Of a stretch of DNA of 56,151 nucleotides, positions 36,961 through 46,745 are shown in pieces. The notes beneath the pieces were generated by a model that saw nothing but the letters and a program-made list of their open reading frames with translations, had not been told where the DNA came from and did no database searches. Within the stretch, counting starts at the first letter, position 1, and every line of letters begins with the position of its first letter. The DNA comes from an uncultured Bacteroidota bacterium (GTDB taxonomy: Bacteria > Bacteroidota > Bacteroidia > NS11-12g > UBA9320), in contig CAJXIQ010000002.1 in NCBI GenBank assembly GCA_913054375.1, positions 1 through 56,151 of the forward strand, written 5' to 3'. Position numbers and translations under genes: made by a program.

Positions 36961-37491
36961 ATGAATAAAATCAACATACTCATTGCATTCTCATTAATGA
37001 CCATCGCTGCGATTGCCTCAACAAATTGGTCTCCTACTACCGGTTCAGTAAAGTTTCACATCAAAAATGCCGGCATCACCGTAGATGGTAAATTCTCTGG
37101 TATTAAGGCATCCATCCAGTTTGACAGAAATGACCTTGCCAATTCTCGCATCTATGCCTCTGTGAAAGCAACTACTGTAAATACCGGTATTGATAAACGA
37201 GATGAGCACCTGCGTAAAGCAGAATACTTTGACGTTGCTAAATACCCAAAGATAGAAATGCGTTCTACTTCTATTGCCAAATCTAAAGACGAATTTGTCG
37301 GGCAATTTGATGTAACGATAAAGGACAAGACCAAAAACATTGAAGTTCCATTTTCATTCACAAACCACGGAGAAACCGGAACTTTCAACGGTAAAATAAA
37401 ACTAGATAGACTCGATTTTAATGTTGGAGAAAGCGGATTTATCCTGAGTGATGACGTCCGAATAGACATCGTCCTCAATGTTAAGAAATAA
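36961..37491 (+). CDS. YceI-like (polyisoprenoid-binding family) periplasmic protein
   Basis: Signal peptide; VKFHIKNAGITVDGKF and TVNTGIDKRDEHLRKAEYFDVAKYP are typical of YceI. Confidence 0.8.
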   Translation: MNKINILIAFSLMTIAAIASTNWSPTTGSVKFHIKNAGITVDGKFSGIKASIQFDRNDLANSRIYASVKATTVNTGIDKRDEHLRKAEYFDVAKYPKIEMRSTSIAKSKDEFVGQFDVTIKDKTKNIEVPFSFTNHGETGTFNGKIKLDRLDFNVGESGFILSDDVRIDIVLNVKK

Positions 37492-37581
37492 GACTTTATA
37501 TGAATTGGTTAGGTAAAGCAGTTTAGTTTAGGAGGGCAACTCTTACATAGTTGCCTTTTTTGTTTCAATCTTATCGTATCT

Positions 37582-38010
37582 CTACTCCTCAAATAGCTCA
37601 ACATTTTTTTTCTGCATCACTAAGTCTGTAAACTTTCCTTTATATTTTGTAGCTCGTACAATATGGTTGTCAATCCAGTGATAGTTACCACCACGTGGTT
37701 TACCGTAGAGCACCCCATGGTGCTTGAAACCGTGCTTTCTGAGCCAATTGTCCGTGACTTCTTTGTGTTCAACCGTTCTAGATGTAAAAAAAGTAATTAT
37801 ATGTCCTTGGTCGTACCAGCGATTTAGTGTTTCTAAAGCATCTGGAAAAGGCTCACAGGTAGCCATTCTCTCGGGCTCTTCATTGGGCACGTCTTCAGTT
37901 ACAGTTCCATCTATATCGATCATATAGTTTTTAATATGAATGGGTAGTTGTGGACTTATCAGATTTCCATTTTTGTCAAAAAGTTCATCCAGTTTTTTTT
38001 CATCTTTCAT
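37582..38010 (-). CDS. HAD-superfamily hydrolase/phosphatase (small)
   Basis: MIDIDGTVTED (DxDGT motif I) and FFTSR (motif II). Confidence 0.6.
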   Translation of the reverse strand: MKDEKKLDELFDKNGNLISPQLPIHIKNYMIDIDGTVTEDVPNEEPERMATCEPFPDALETLNRWYDQGHIITFFTSRTVEHKEVTDNWLRKHGFKHHGVLYGKPRGGNYHWIDNHIVRATKYKGKFTDLVMQKKNVELFEE

Positions 38011-38405
38011 ATGGACTACGAAATTACCTCAACGGAATCTAATTAAGATTCATTTCTAAATCTTTCTAATTCACTAGTTATCCTCGGTATATAGAAACAC
38101 GCAATACCGTACCGATCCCTATACCTATGGAACCAAAACAAGAGTCAAAATATCGAGCCTGGCAAAATCAGAGGTAAAACCTAAAAAGTAAAGTCAACGC
38201 AGGATTAACCGCATAATTTTTTTTCGTTTTAATGTATGTAAGAATACTGCTAAAATCATTTTTTGCACATCAGCAAAGTTGTGCACCTATGAAGTTGGAG
38301 AATCTGCTATCTTCTCTGATCAGAATTCACTTCTGCAAAGTGCTATTACGCGCTAGACTTTTTTTTCATTTTGATTTGTATTTTTAAATTAATATTGTCG
38401 CCAAC

Positions 38406-39317
38406 GTGGCACTACCCAATACTAAACAAAAAGCATATCTACAGCTACACCTAGCTGTATTTCTCTTTGGATTTACTGCTATTCTTGGTAAGTTGATAAC
38501 CCTAGAACAGACCGCCTTGGTATGGAATCGCTTATGGATAGCCGTAGTAGGATTGGTATTTATTCCTGGCGTACTCCAGGGTATCCGATCCATCAAAAAA
38601 ACCAATTTCTTCATCTTTATGGGTATAGGTGTGTTGGTCGCTCTACACTGGCTTACATTTTACGGTAGCATAAAGGTGGGCAATAGTGCGTCAGTGACCT
38701 TATCTTGTCTTGCAACCACCTCGTTATTTACATCCATACTAGAACCCCTTATCACAAAATCTAAGTTCAAGTGGATTGAATTACTTCTTGGCCTCCTGGT
38801 AATAGTGGGCATATATTTCCTGAGTGGTGTAGGTGAAGCATATTACTGGGCCATCGTCATTGGCATCATTTCTGCCTTTCTAGCTTCTTTGTTTTCTACA
38901 CTCAACAAAAAGTATATCACCGGGCAAAATACCTTGTCTGTTAGCACTATAGAGCTAGGTGCGGGATTCGTTTTTATCACCATATGTTATCCTTTACTTC
39001 AATCTCTCTTCCCACAACCTCAGTGGATCCCTACCGGAGATGACTGGTGGTGGCTCATTGTTCTAGGACTATTGTGCACAAGTCTGGCATTTGCTCTTGC
39101 TCTGGATGCTCTCAAAGTAATTTCTGCATTCATATCTAACCTGAGTATTAACTTAGAGCCAGTATACGGCATACTGCTGGCTATCTGGATTTTAAATGAA
39201 GATGCACAACTCAATATTTATTTTTACATGGGTACGTCCATCATTTTATTAGCTGTGCTCCTGCATCCTATTCTCACTCGAATTCAAAATAGAAAGTCCA
39301 AAGCCCAAAATTCTTAG
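38406..39317 (+). CDS. EamA/DMT-family transporter
   Basis: About ten hydrophobic helices arranged in two halves. GTG start. Confidence 0.7.
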   Translation: MALPNTKQKAYLQLHLAVFLFGFTAILGKLITLEQTALVWNRLWIAVVGLVFIPGVLQGIRSIKKTNFFIFMGIGVLVALHWLTFYGSIKVGNSASVTLSCLATTSLFTSILEPLITKSKFKWIELLLGLLVIVGIYFLSGVGEAYYWAIVIGIISAFLASLFSTLNKKYITGQNTLSVSTIELGAGFVFITICYPLLQSLFPQPQWIPTGDDWWWLIVLGLLCTSLAFALALDALKVISAFISNLSINLEPVYGILLAIWILNEDAQLNIYFYMGTSIILLAVLLHPILTRIQNRKSKAQNS

Positions 39318-39325
39318 GCATACCT

Positions 39326-39333
39326 TACCTTTG
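39326..39333 (+). promoter_or_regulatory. Bacteroidetes -7 box (TACCTTTG) for metG
   Basis: Exact TAnnTTTG, only 5 nt upstream of the ATG. Confidence 0.5.
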
Positions 39334-39338
39334 CCCCA

Positions 39339-41351
39339 ATGGCAAAAAGACATCTTATCACCTGCGCGCTTCCATATGCAAACGGCCCTGTTCATATAGG
39401 ACACCTTGCCGGTTGTTTCTTACCTTCAGATATCTACAACAGATACCTTAGAATGCAGGGCAAAGAAGTGCTTTTTATTTGTGGTACAGACGAACACGGA
39501 GTCCCCATTACCCTAAAAGCCAAAAAAGAAAATAAAACGCCCCAGCAAGTAGTAGATGAGAATTATTCAGTAATATCTGCAGGTCTAAAAAATTTCGGAA
39601 TCCACTTTGATACCTTTAGCCGAACTACCAACACACTCCATCATGAAACTGCTCAAGCATTTTTCAAAACGTTGTATGACAAAGGGGTTTTTATAGAAGA
39701 GGTAACAGAACAACTGTATGACGCAGAAGCCAATCAGTTTTTAGCTGACCGATACATAGTAGGCACGTGTCCTAACTGCAGCTACGAGAGTGCATATGGA
39801 GACCAGTGTGAGAGCTGCGGCAGAACCAGTAGTCCACAAGAATTGATTAATGCAAAATCTGCACTTACAGGCAATACTCCAGTATTAAAAGAGACCAAAA
39901 ATTGGTATTTGCCACTGGACAGCATTCAATCTGAATTTTTGGACAAATGGGTTGCATCAAAAAAAGATAATTGGAAATCAAATGTTTATGGCCAGTGCAA
40001 TAGCTGGCTGCAAGAAGGTCTGAAACCACGTGCTATGACACGCGACCTAGACTGGGGAGTGAATGTGCCGGTTGAAGGAGCAGATGGTAAAGTAATGTAT
40101 GTATGGTTTGATGCCCCTATAGGATATATCACCGCTACCAAAGAAGCTGCCGGCGAGGATTGGACCAAATGGTGGAAAGACTCCAATACAGAGATGACTC
40201 ATTTTTTAGGCAAGGACAATATTGTATTTCACACCGTCATATTTCCCGCTATGCTTCATGCACATGGAGCGTATAATCTGCCTACCAATGTGCCAGCCAA
40301 TGAGTTCCTAAACCTAGAAGGAGATAAAATATCTACCAGTAGAAACCATGCCATCTGGTTGCATGAGTATCTTACTGACTTGCCGGGAAAGACAGATGAG
40401 CTACGGTATGCACTTACCTCTATACTGCCCGAAAGTAAGGACGCGGATTTTACATGGGTCGATTATCAAGCAAGAGTGAACAATGAGCTCGTTGCTATTC
40501 TCGGTAACTTCGTGAATAGAGTAATCGTACTTACGCACAACTACTATGATGGCAAGGTGCCTAGTGGTACACTCCATAGCGCCTTGCCAGATGTAACCGG
40601 TAAGATTAATGATGCTTTATCAAACTTTAACCAACGTTCTGGATTAGAGGCCTTTATGGAGATCGCTAGAAACGGAAACAAGTACTTGCAAGACACCGAA
40701 CCTTGGAAACTCATAAAAGACGAAGCCAATGCACAGACGGTGGCAGACTGTTTGTTTACCTGTATTCAAATCGTAAAAGAAATTGGAAACTACGCGCAAA
40801 TATTCTTGCCTGTAACATCAGACAAGTTGCTCAACATTCTGAATATTAATTCATACGATGATGCTATTACAGAGGGACATAAGATAAACAAGCCCGTTCT
40901 TTTATTTGAAAAAATAGAGGACGAACTAATAAAAGTACAAAGAGAAAAACTTCAAAAGGCCAAAGAGATCAATGCTAAAAGTGCAGCATCACCAACAGAA
41001 GAAAAAACCGAAATACCAATAAAACCAATGATACAGTACGACGATTTTACCAAACTTGATATACGTGTAGCTACTATAACTGCAGCTGAAAAAATAAAGA
41101 AGGCAGACAGACTTCTCCACATAACTCTAGACATAGGTTCTGAAACACGTGAAGTAGTAAGTGGTATCGCAGAACACTATGCTCCAGAAGACATTATTGG
41201 TAAGCAAGTAACGTATTTGGCCAATTTAGCTCCGAGAACACTCAAAAAAATAGAAAGCACAGGCATGATACTAATGGAGGAAGATACAGACGGCAAACTC
41301 AAGTTTGTAGCTCCGAGTGAAGCAACCGCTGCTGGAAGTATCGTTGCGTAA
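39339..41351 (+). CDS. metG: Methionyl-tRNA synthetase with C-terminal tRNA-binding domain
   Basis: PVHIGHLAG; zinc knuckles CPNCSY...CESCG; KISTSRN; C-terminal LDIRVATI...GKQV EMAP/Trbp111-like domain. Confidence 0.95.
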   Translation: MAKRHLITCALPYANGPVHIGHLAGCFLPSDIYNRYLRMQGKEVLFICGTDEHGVPITLKAKKENKTPQQVVDENYSVISAGLKNFGIHFDTFSRTTNTLHHETAQAFFKTLYDKGVFIEEVTEQLYDAEANQFLADRYIVGTCPNCSYESAYGDQCESCGRTSSPQELINAKSALTGNTPVLKETKNWYLPLDSIQSEFLDKWVASKKDNWKSNVYGQCNSWLQEGLKPRAMTRDLDWGVNVPVEGADGKVMYVWFDAPIGYITATKEAAGEDWTKWWKDSNTEMTHFLGKDNIVFHTVIFPAMLHAHGAYNLPTNVPANEFLNLEGDKISTSRNHAIWLHEYLTDLPGKTDELRYALTSILPESKDADFTWVDYQARVNNELVAILGNFVNRVIVLTHNYYDGKVPSGTLHSALPDVTGKINDALSNFNQRSGLEAFMEIARNGNKYLQDTEPWKLIKDEANAQTVADCLFTCIQIVKEIGNYAQIFLPVTSDKLLNILNINSYDDAITEGHKINKPVLLFEKIEDELIKVQREKLQKAKEINAKSAASPTEEKTEIPIKPMIQYDDFTKLDIRVATITAAEKIKKADRLLHITLDIGSETREVVSGIAEHYAPEDIIGKQVTYLANLAPRTLKKIESTGMILMEEDTDGKLKFVAPSEATAAGSIVA

Positions 41352-41393
41352 CACGAATCGCTCCTGTAGCCCTCTGCCTTAACACTCACTGCT

Positions 41394-41855
41394 TCAATTG
41401 CTCACAAAAAGTGAGTTACCGCTCTTAGCTACTCGATATGTTTTCAGATTACAACGGGTAGGACCACTAATAAATCCACTATTAAAATCATAAACAGAGC
41501 CGCAACACGGCGAGAAAGTGGTGTCTTGCAACGTGCCGCATCGCAGTTGTAAAATATCATTGTCTAGTGTCACTCTTGCACAATCCATTTCACTCTGGTA
41601 CGTGCATGTACGCTCTATAGCATAATACATATCATCATAATTATGTATCACATACACACCTCTATGTCCTTGGCTTTCAAAGGAAGCAAACTCTCCAAGG
41701 TTTCTTAAGTTAAAATACTCTGGCAAATCCATATTAATGGTGATATTTACGGCCGCATCTTGAATAAAGCAATCGCCTGTAAACTGATTATCCGGTTTAC
41801 ATGACTGATTAAATAACAGCAGTGTACATACTATGGAAAGTGCTATTTTCTTCAT
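41394..41855 (-). CDS. Lipoprotein with degenerate Rieske-like fold
   Basis: Lipobox FNQSC. YAIERTCTYQ ... CCGSVYDF..GPTRCNLKTYRV parallels the Rieske CxH...CxxH layout, but the His positions are Y and G. Confidence 0.4.
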   Translation of the reverse strand: MKKIALSIVCTLLLFNQSCKPDNQFTGDCFIQDAAVNITINMDLPEYFNLRNLGEFASFESQGHRGVYVIHNYDDMYYAIERTCTYQSEMDCARVTLDNDILQLRCGTLQDTTFSPCCGSVYDFNSGFISGPTRCNLKTYRVAKSGNSLFVSN

Positions 41856-42694
41856 TTATCGTAGTTGTAAAAACCTTTCCCAGACTTTCTACCATAATAA
41901 CCTGCTTGTACCTTCTTTTGTTGTATTCTGCTGGGTCTAAACTTCTGATCGTAGTTGAATAACGTGTACATTGACTCTGTCACCGACAAGTTTGTCTCTA
42001 CGCCTATGAGATCCATCAATTGAAAGGGCCCCATCTTAAAGCCACTGGCTCTTACTAGGTCATCTATCACGTCATGCGTTGCAACATTTTCTTCCAGTAT
42101 CTTGAGACCTTCTACATAGAAGTGCCGTGCTACTCTATTCACTATAAAACCGGGAGCATCTTTGGCAACTATGCACGTTTTATTTACGCTTTTCACATAT
42201 TCTTTGGCTTGATCTAAAACCAAAGGGTCCGTTTGTTCTGCACTTATCACCTCTACCAGTTTCATGATGTGAGCGGGGTTAAAATAGTGGATACCCACCA
42301 CTTGCTTTGGGAACACAAAAGAAGCTGCTATCTGCGTAAGCGGAATGGATGAAGTGTTGGAAGCGTATATAGTACTCTCACCATTGATCTCTGCAAGGTC
42401 AGCCAACACCTTAGTTTTTATATCCAGGCGTTCTACGATGGCCTCTATAATCATATCTACCCTCACGTCTGCTATACTGTTAGAATAGTGTAGGTTAGAT
42501 AGTGTTTTGGCCTTGCCAACTTCATCTGTTTTCCCAAGCTCTATAGCTTTGTCTAGGTTCTTGTCTATACCTATCCGAGCTGTTTCGAGTGTGTCATGAT
42601 TTATATCAAACAACACTACAGTATGGCCAGCCATAGCACTCACTTGAGCTATTCCTCTACCCATTACACCTGCTCCTATTACCCCTATTTTCAT
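41852..42694 (-). CDS. 3-hydroxyacyl-CoA (3-hydroxybutyryl-CoA) dehydrogenase
   Basis: MKIGVIGAGVMGRGIAQV Rossmann N-terminus; 280 aa, Hbd/PaaH-like. Confidence 0.85.
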   Translation of the reverse strand: MKIGVIGAGVMGRGIAQVSAMAGHTVVLFDINHDTLETARIGIDKNLDKAIELGKTDEVGKAKTLSNLHYSNSIADVRVDMIIEAIVERLDIKTKVLADLAEINGESTIYASNTSSIPLTQIAASFVFPKQVVGIHYFNPAHIMKLVEVISAEQTDPLVLDQAKEYVKSVNKTCIVAKDAPGFIVNRVARHFYVEGLKILEENVATHDVIDDLVRASGFKMGPFQLMDLIGVETNLSVTESMYTLFNYDQKFRPSRIQQKKVQAGYYGRKSGKGFYNYDK

Positions 42695-42877
42695 TGGGGC
42701 TAATATCTCTATTTAACGTTGTAAAAAAAAGTGAATCAACTTATTCGAAAAAACCTCTGAGAGAGCATACAGGAATTTGCTTTTCTGCACCTTGCAATAG
42801 GTTAGCATGTCGCCGATATTTGTACAATCATCACTATGCAAACCTCCAGCCATACTGCTGTTACGAGAATGTGTGAC

Positions 42878-43612
42878 CTACCTACGCTGATATCCGTATG
42901 GTATTTTAAACGGAAAAGTGAGGTTAGGATTTGAATTCACGTTCTGGTAATTGAGCACGGCTTTTATGATATTATCACCTTTTTGCACATCAATATTTAC
43001 CGTTTTTGGCATGAGACTTTGCTCGTATATCTCATACTTATCATACTGAATATGTGCCGTTTGCGTAGTATCAGGAGTTTCTATTTTTGAGACTAACGTT
43101 CTAAAAAGCTCGTTAAAATCTAACGTGTTAGTTGCAATACCTTCATTAGCAACCATAGCTGTATTTTCTGGGTTAAGCCGATAGAGATTTTGTCTCAGTA
43201 CAGCATTGCCAAGCAAAAGGTTTTGTACTTGACCTACCTCAGCTTTGAAACCCAGAAACTGGTCAAGGTAAGTGTTCTCGTATGCCATGTATTGTTGGTT
43301 TATATTATCCAGCATAAAGAAGCTATCTTGTGTAATTAATACTGTTGCTCCGAACCCAAATAGGCTAAATTTAGCCCAAACTACACTATCCTTATGCATT
43401 TTTAGGTGCATAGAAAGCGTATGGGTCTTTGCATTCATTGTAACCGTTGCCTTGCCTCTAGCCTCTAGAGAAGAATACTCCATTTGATTAGACCAGAATT
43501 TAGCAACTGTGGCGGCATTCACCTCAGCAGAAATTACCTTTTTCCTATATTTACATCCACTCAAAATTGAAAATATGGCTACAGTAAGGAGTATTTTTAT
43601 TCCGCTATTCAT
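42878..43612 (-). CDS. DUF4292-like (LolB-fold) lipoprotein
   Basis: Lipobox ILSGC. Size and position downstream of a TPR lipoprotein are as commonly seen in Bacteroidota. Confidence 0.55.
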   Translation of the reverse strand: MNSGIKILLTVAIFSILSGCKYRKKVISAEVNAATVAKFWSNQMEYSSLEARGKATVTMNAKTHTLSMHLKMHKDSVVWAKFSLFGFGATVLITQDSFFMLDNINQQYMAYENTYLDQFLGFKAEVGQVQNLLLGNAVLRQNLYRLNPENTAMVANEGIATNTLDFNELFRTLVSKIETPDTTQTAHIQYDKYEIYEQSLMPKTVNIDVQKGDNIIKAVLNYQNVNSNPNLTFPFKIPYGYQRR

Positions 43613-45281
43613 TTTTCAATTTATCCAGTTTCTGTTGCATTTCATTCGCCATATTGGTGTTTTCTAAGGCTACATAGCAAGCAATTGCGTGTATGTAGTA
43701 GTCTTCGCCCATCGGGTCTAGCTGTATACATTTATTTAGTATTCTTAATGCTCGCTCAAATTCTCCTTTGCCATATAGAATCCAGGCTTTCGTATCAAGG
43801 TAAAAAGGATTAGCCGGTTCTAATTTTAACGCGGTGGTAATCATACTATCTGCCATTCCCAACTTGATCTTTCGATTGGCCAAACTAAACGCATAATTAT
43901 TGAGAACCGTGCCATTAAAAGGGTTCATTTTAAGGACTTTATCGAAGTTTTTATCGGCCATCTCAAACATATTTTGTTTGTCGTATGCTGATGCCTTGCA
44001 AAGTAACAATTGAATTTTGTCTCTTTTGTCCATGGCAACTTCTAGCCCTTCTTCAGCTGTTTTTATACCTTTAGAGTAATTCTTCTTCTCTATGTATGCA
44101 TAGCTTAGAGAAATGTACAACGCAATAACATTAGGAAATAACACTAGGGCTTTCTCCGTATCTATAATTTGTTGGTCTACATCGTTCAATAGTGCATTTG
44201 CTCCAAGTAATTTACTCCACAACTGAAATTTTGAAGGGTCTATGTCAAGTGCCTTCTGAATATAGTACCTTGCACTATCATATTGACCTGTGGTGCCATA
44301 TATGTCTGATTTAAAGATATATGGCTCAATAAAATTTGGATAATTCGCAGTTAAAATTTCGCTAAAATCGAATAAATCAGCTTTTACTGTAGTGTCTTTG
44401 TCTAAGGCATGCAAGAATACCGTAACCGCTTGCATTTTTTGAATTAAGCTCAGATCGTCGTACTTAAACGCTTCCTTAAGATGTTTCATTGCCTCCGCAT
44501 CGTTGCCGGCCTCGTGTTTTATGCCATATAAAGCATAATGTGCTTTCCCTACACTTGGATACTCTTTGACGAGACGCTCCAGTAAAGCCACAGCCTTTTC
44601 TTTTTTTCCTGCCTTCACATAAGTCTCAGAAAGGTATCCTTTGAACTGAATATCGTCTGGATAGGCCTCTACCAGTTTCTCCATTTCTAACACGGCTTTG
44701 TCGTTATCGCCTAGTGCAGAGTAAACAAAATCCAATCGAGTACTCGATACTTTCTCTATCCCAAAGTATGATTGCATCTTTTTGAGCACCTCAATAGACT
44801 TAGCCAACTGTTTTGCGTTGTAGTACTGATTGGCAGATTCAGTATAATTTTCTTTTACATCCGGCTCATATTCAATCATTTGAATGAATACTTCTGCACT
44901 CTTTTGGTATTTGCCAAACTTGCTATAATACTGAGCCAATAAACCCGAATACCAGTGATTGTAAGTAGGAGACGTACTTACCGCTTTCTCAGCAAATACT
45001 AACGCCTCTGAATATCTTTCTAACTGGTAGTTTAGCTTGGCAAGCTGATACATCGTTGCGTGGCTTTGGGGATGCAGCATGAGAGATTGACTATAGAGTT
45101 CACGTGCCTTCTCTGAATTGTTTAGCACTTTTTGCTTATTCGCTTCAAAAAAAGATTTTTCGAATGCCTTTCGGGTCTTATAATCCAAGTCATTAACTTG
45201 GGCTACCCCAACCGATGAACTTTTGCAGCCAAAGGCAAAGAGAACCACAACCAATGACGCTATATGAGTGAGTCTAGCCAA
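43605..45281 (-). CDS. Tetratricopeptide-repeat lipoprotein
   Basis: Lipobox FAFGC, followed by many 34-aa A/Y/L-patterned repeats. Confidence 0.8.
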   Translation of the reverse strand: MARLTHIASLVVVLFAFGCKSSSVGVAQVNDLDYKTRKAFEKSFFEANKQKVLNNSEKARELYSQSLMLHPQSHATMYQLAKLNYQLERYSEALVFAEKAVSTSPTYNHWYSGLLAQYYSKFGKYQKSAEVFIQMIEYEPDVKENYTESANQYYNAKQLAKSIEVLKKMQSYFGIEKVSSTRLDFVYSALGDNDKAVLEMEKLVEAYPDDIQFKGYLSETYVKAGKKEKAVALLERLVKEYPSVGKAHYALYGIKHEAGNDAEAMKHLKEAFKYDDLSLIQKMQAVTVFLHALDKDTTVKADLFDFSEILTANYPNFIEPYIFKSDIYGTTGQYDSARYYIQKALDIDPSKFQLWSKLLGANALLNDVDQQIIDTEKALVLFPNVIALYISLSYAYIEKKNYSKGIKTAEEGLEVAMDKRDKIQLLLCKASAYDKQNMFEMADKNFDKVLKMNPFNGTVLNNYAFSLANRKIKLGMADSMITTALKLEPANPFYLDTKAWILYGKGEFERALRILNKCIQLDPMGEDYYIHAIACYVALENTNMANEMQQKLDKLKNE

Positions 45282-46290
45282 TCTTTTGGGTACTGTAATC
45301 TCCTATGCTAATCTCATTTGCTGAACCATCATAATATACCTTATTGCCTATCATAGAATTGGTAATGTTTGCATTTAAAATATGAGACTCTGTCTGAATA
45401 ATGGTATTTTCAATAACGCTGTCTTCTATTACCGTATTGTCACCAATACTCACATAAGGACCAACTTTAGCATTTATTAGCTGAACATTTTTTCCAATGT
45501 AGCACGGTTCTATTATTTGCGAATTGGTGCTTTTCATGCTGCTTGATACTAGTATCTCTGTGGCATTGGCTAACACACGTTGATTGGTGTTAACCGTAGC
45601 GTTTTTATTGCCACAATCCCACCACTCGATTACCTTACCGGGGGTAAATTTAGCTCCTTTGTCTTTCAAGCTATCTAACACGTTGGTGAGTTGGTACTCT
45701 CCCTTTTCCATAATCTTGTTATCCAGTAGGTGCTTAATCTCACACTTTACAGCATCGCCGTCTTTAAAATAGTAGATACCGATTATCGCCAAATTTGACT
45801 TGGGGTTTTCCGGTTTCTCAACAAAATCCTCAATGATACCGTCCGCATCTAGTTGTACTACACCAAAAGCTCTGGGGTCCTCTACCTCCTTTACCCAAAC
45901 AGTTCCATCTGCACTTGCGTCTAGCTTAAAATCTGCTCTAAATAAAGTATCGGCAAATGCTATAATTACGTTGCCTGAAAGCAACTGCTCTGCTTGGTAT
46001 ATAGCATGGGCTGTGCCCAACGCTTCACTCTGTACGTGTATAGATCCCGTAGCACCAAGCTTCTTCGCTACTGCTAACAGATGCTCCTGCACTTGTGGAC
46101 CGAAAAACTGCTGGCTCGGTCCCACAATAAAAGCGATGTTTTCCAGTGGGCCATCTACAATACTTGCAATATCCTCTGCGAGTCTTTGTACAATTGGCTT
46201 TCCTGCTACTGGCACTAACGGTTTTGGAACCGTAAGAGTATGTGGACGCAATCTGCTTCCTATTCCTGCCATTGGTATGATTAAATTCAT
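45274..46290 (-). CDS. Sugar-phosphate nucleotidyltransferase with C-terminal left-handed beta-helix
   Basis: IIPMAGIGSRLRPHTLTVPKPLVPVAGKPI and C-terminal hexapeptide repeats. Confidence 0.8.
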   Translation of the reverse strand: MNLIIPMAGIGSRLRPHTLTVPKPLVPVAGKPIVQRLAEDIASIVDGPLENIAFIVGPSQQFFGPQVQEHLLAVAKKLGATGSIHVQSEALGTAHAIYQAEQLLSGNVIIAFADTLFRADFKLDASADGTVWVKEVEDPRAFGVVQLDADGIIEDFVEKPENPKSNLAIIGIYYFKDGDAVKCEIKHLLDNKIMEKGEYQLTNVLDSLKDKGAKFTPGKVIEWWDCGNKNATVNTNQRVLANATEILVSSSMKSTNSQIIEPCYIGKNVQLINAKVGPYVSIGDNTVIEDSVIENTIIQTESHILNANITNSMIGNKVYYDGSANEISIGDYSTQKIG

Positions 46291-46310
46291 CTTGTATCTT
46301 CTGCTAATTA

Positions 46311-46745
46311 TTAAATTCCTGTGTGACCATAGCCACCCGATCCTCGTTCTGTTTCGTCCAGACTATCGGTCAAATTAAACCTTATTTGCTCATATTTATT
46401 TATGACCATCTGAGCAACCCGGTCACCGTTTTTTATTGTGAACACCTCTTTTGACAGGTTCACTAATGCTATTTTTATTTCTCCGCGATAATCAGCGTCA
46501 ATAGTCCCAGGACTATTAATCACTGTAATTCCATACTTAAAAGCCATTCCACTGCGAGGTCGTATCATTGCTTCGTACCCTTCTGGCAAAGCCATATATA
46601 TACCTGTGCCCACAAGTTTTCTATCCATTGGTTCCAAAACCACGTCTTCTTCTAAAAAGGCAGACAGGTCTAATCCTGCAGACTGCTCAGTCTGATACAC
46701 AGGGAGCGAATTATTGCTCTTATTTATGACGAAAACATTCAACAT
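46311..46745 (-). CDS. dut: dUTP diphosphatase
   Basis: [16 protein letters not shown] and [10 protein letters not shown] motifs. Confidence 0.95.
   Translation of the reverse strand: MLNVFVINKSNNSLPVYQTEQSAGLDLSAFLEEDVVLEPMDRKLVGTGIYMALPEGYEAMIRPRSGMAFKYGITVINSPGTIDADYRGEIKIALVNLSKEVFTIKNGDRVAQMVINKYEQIRFNLTDSLDETERGSGGYGHTGI

Noticed and set aside
45800-46378. 192-aa plus-strand ORF
   Set aside because: It is entirely antisense to the nucleotidyltransferase and dut genes, which carry clear family motifs. Its S/A/C/T-rich composition is typical of a shadow frame.
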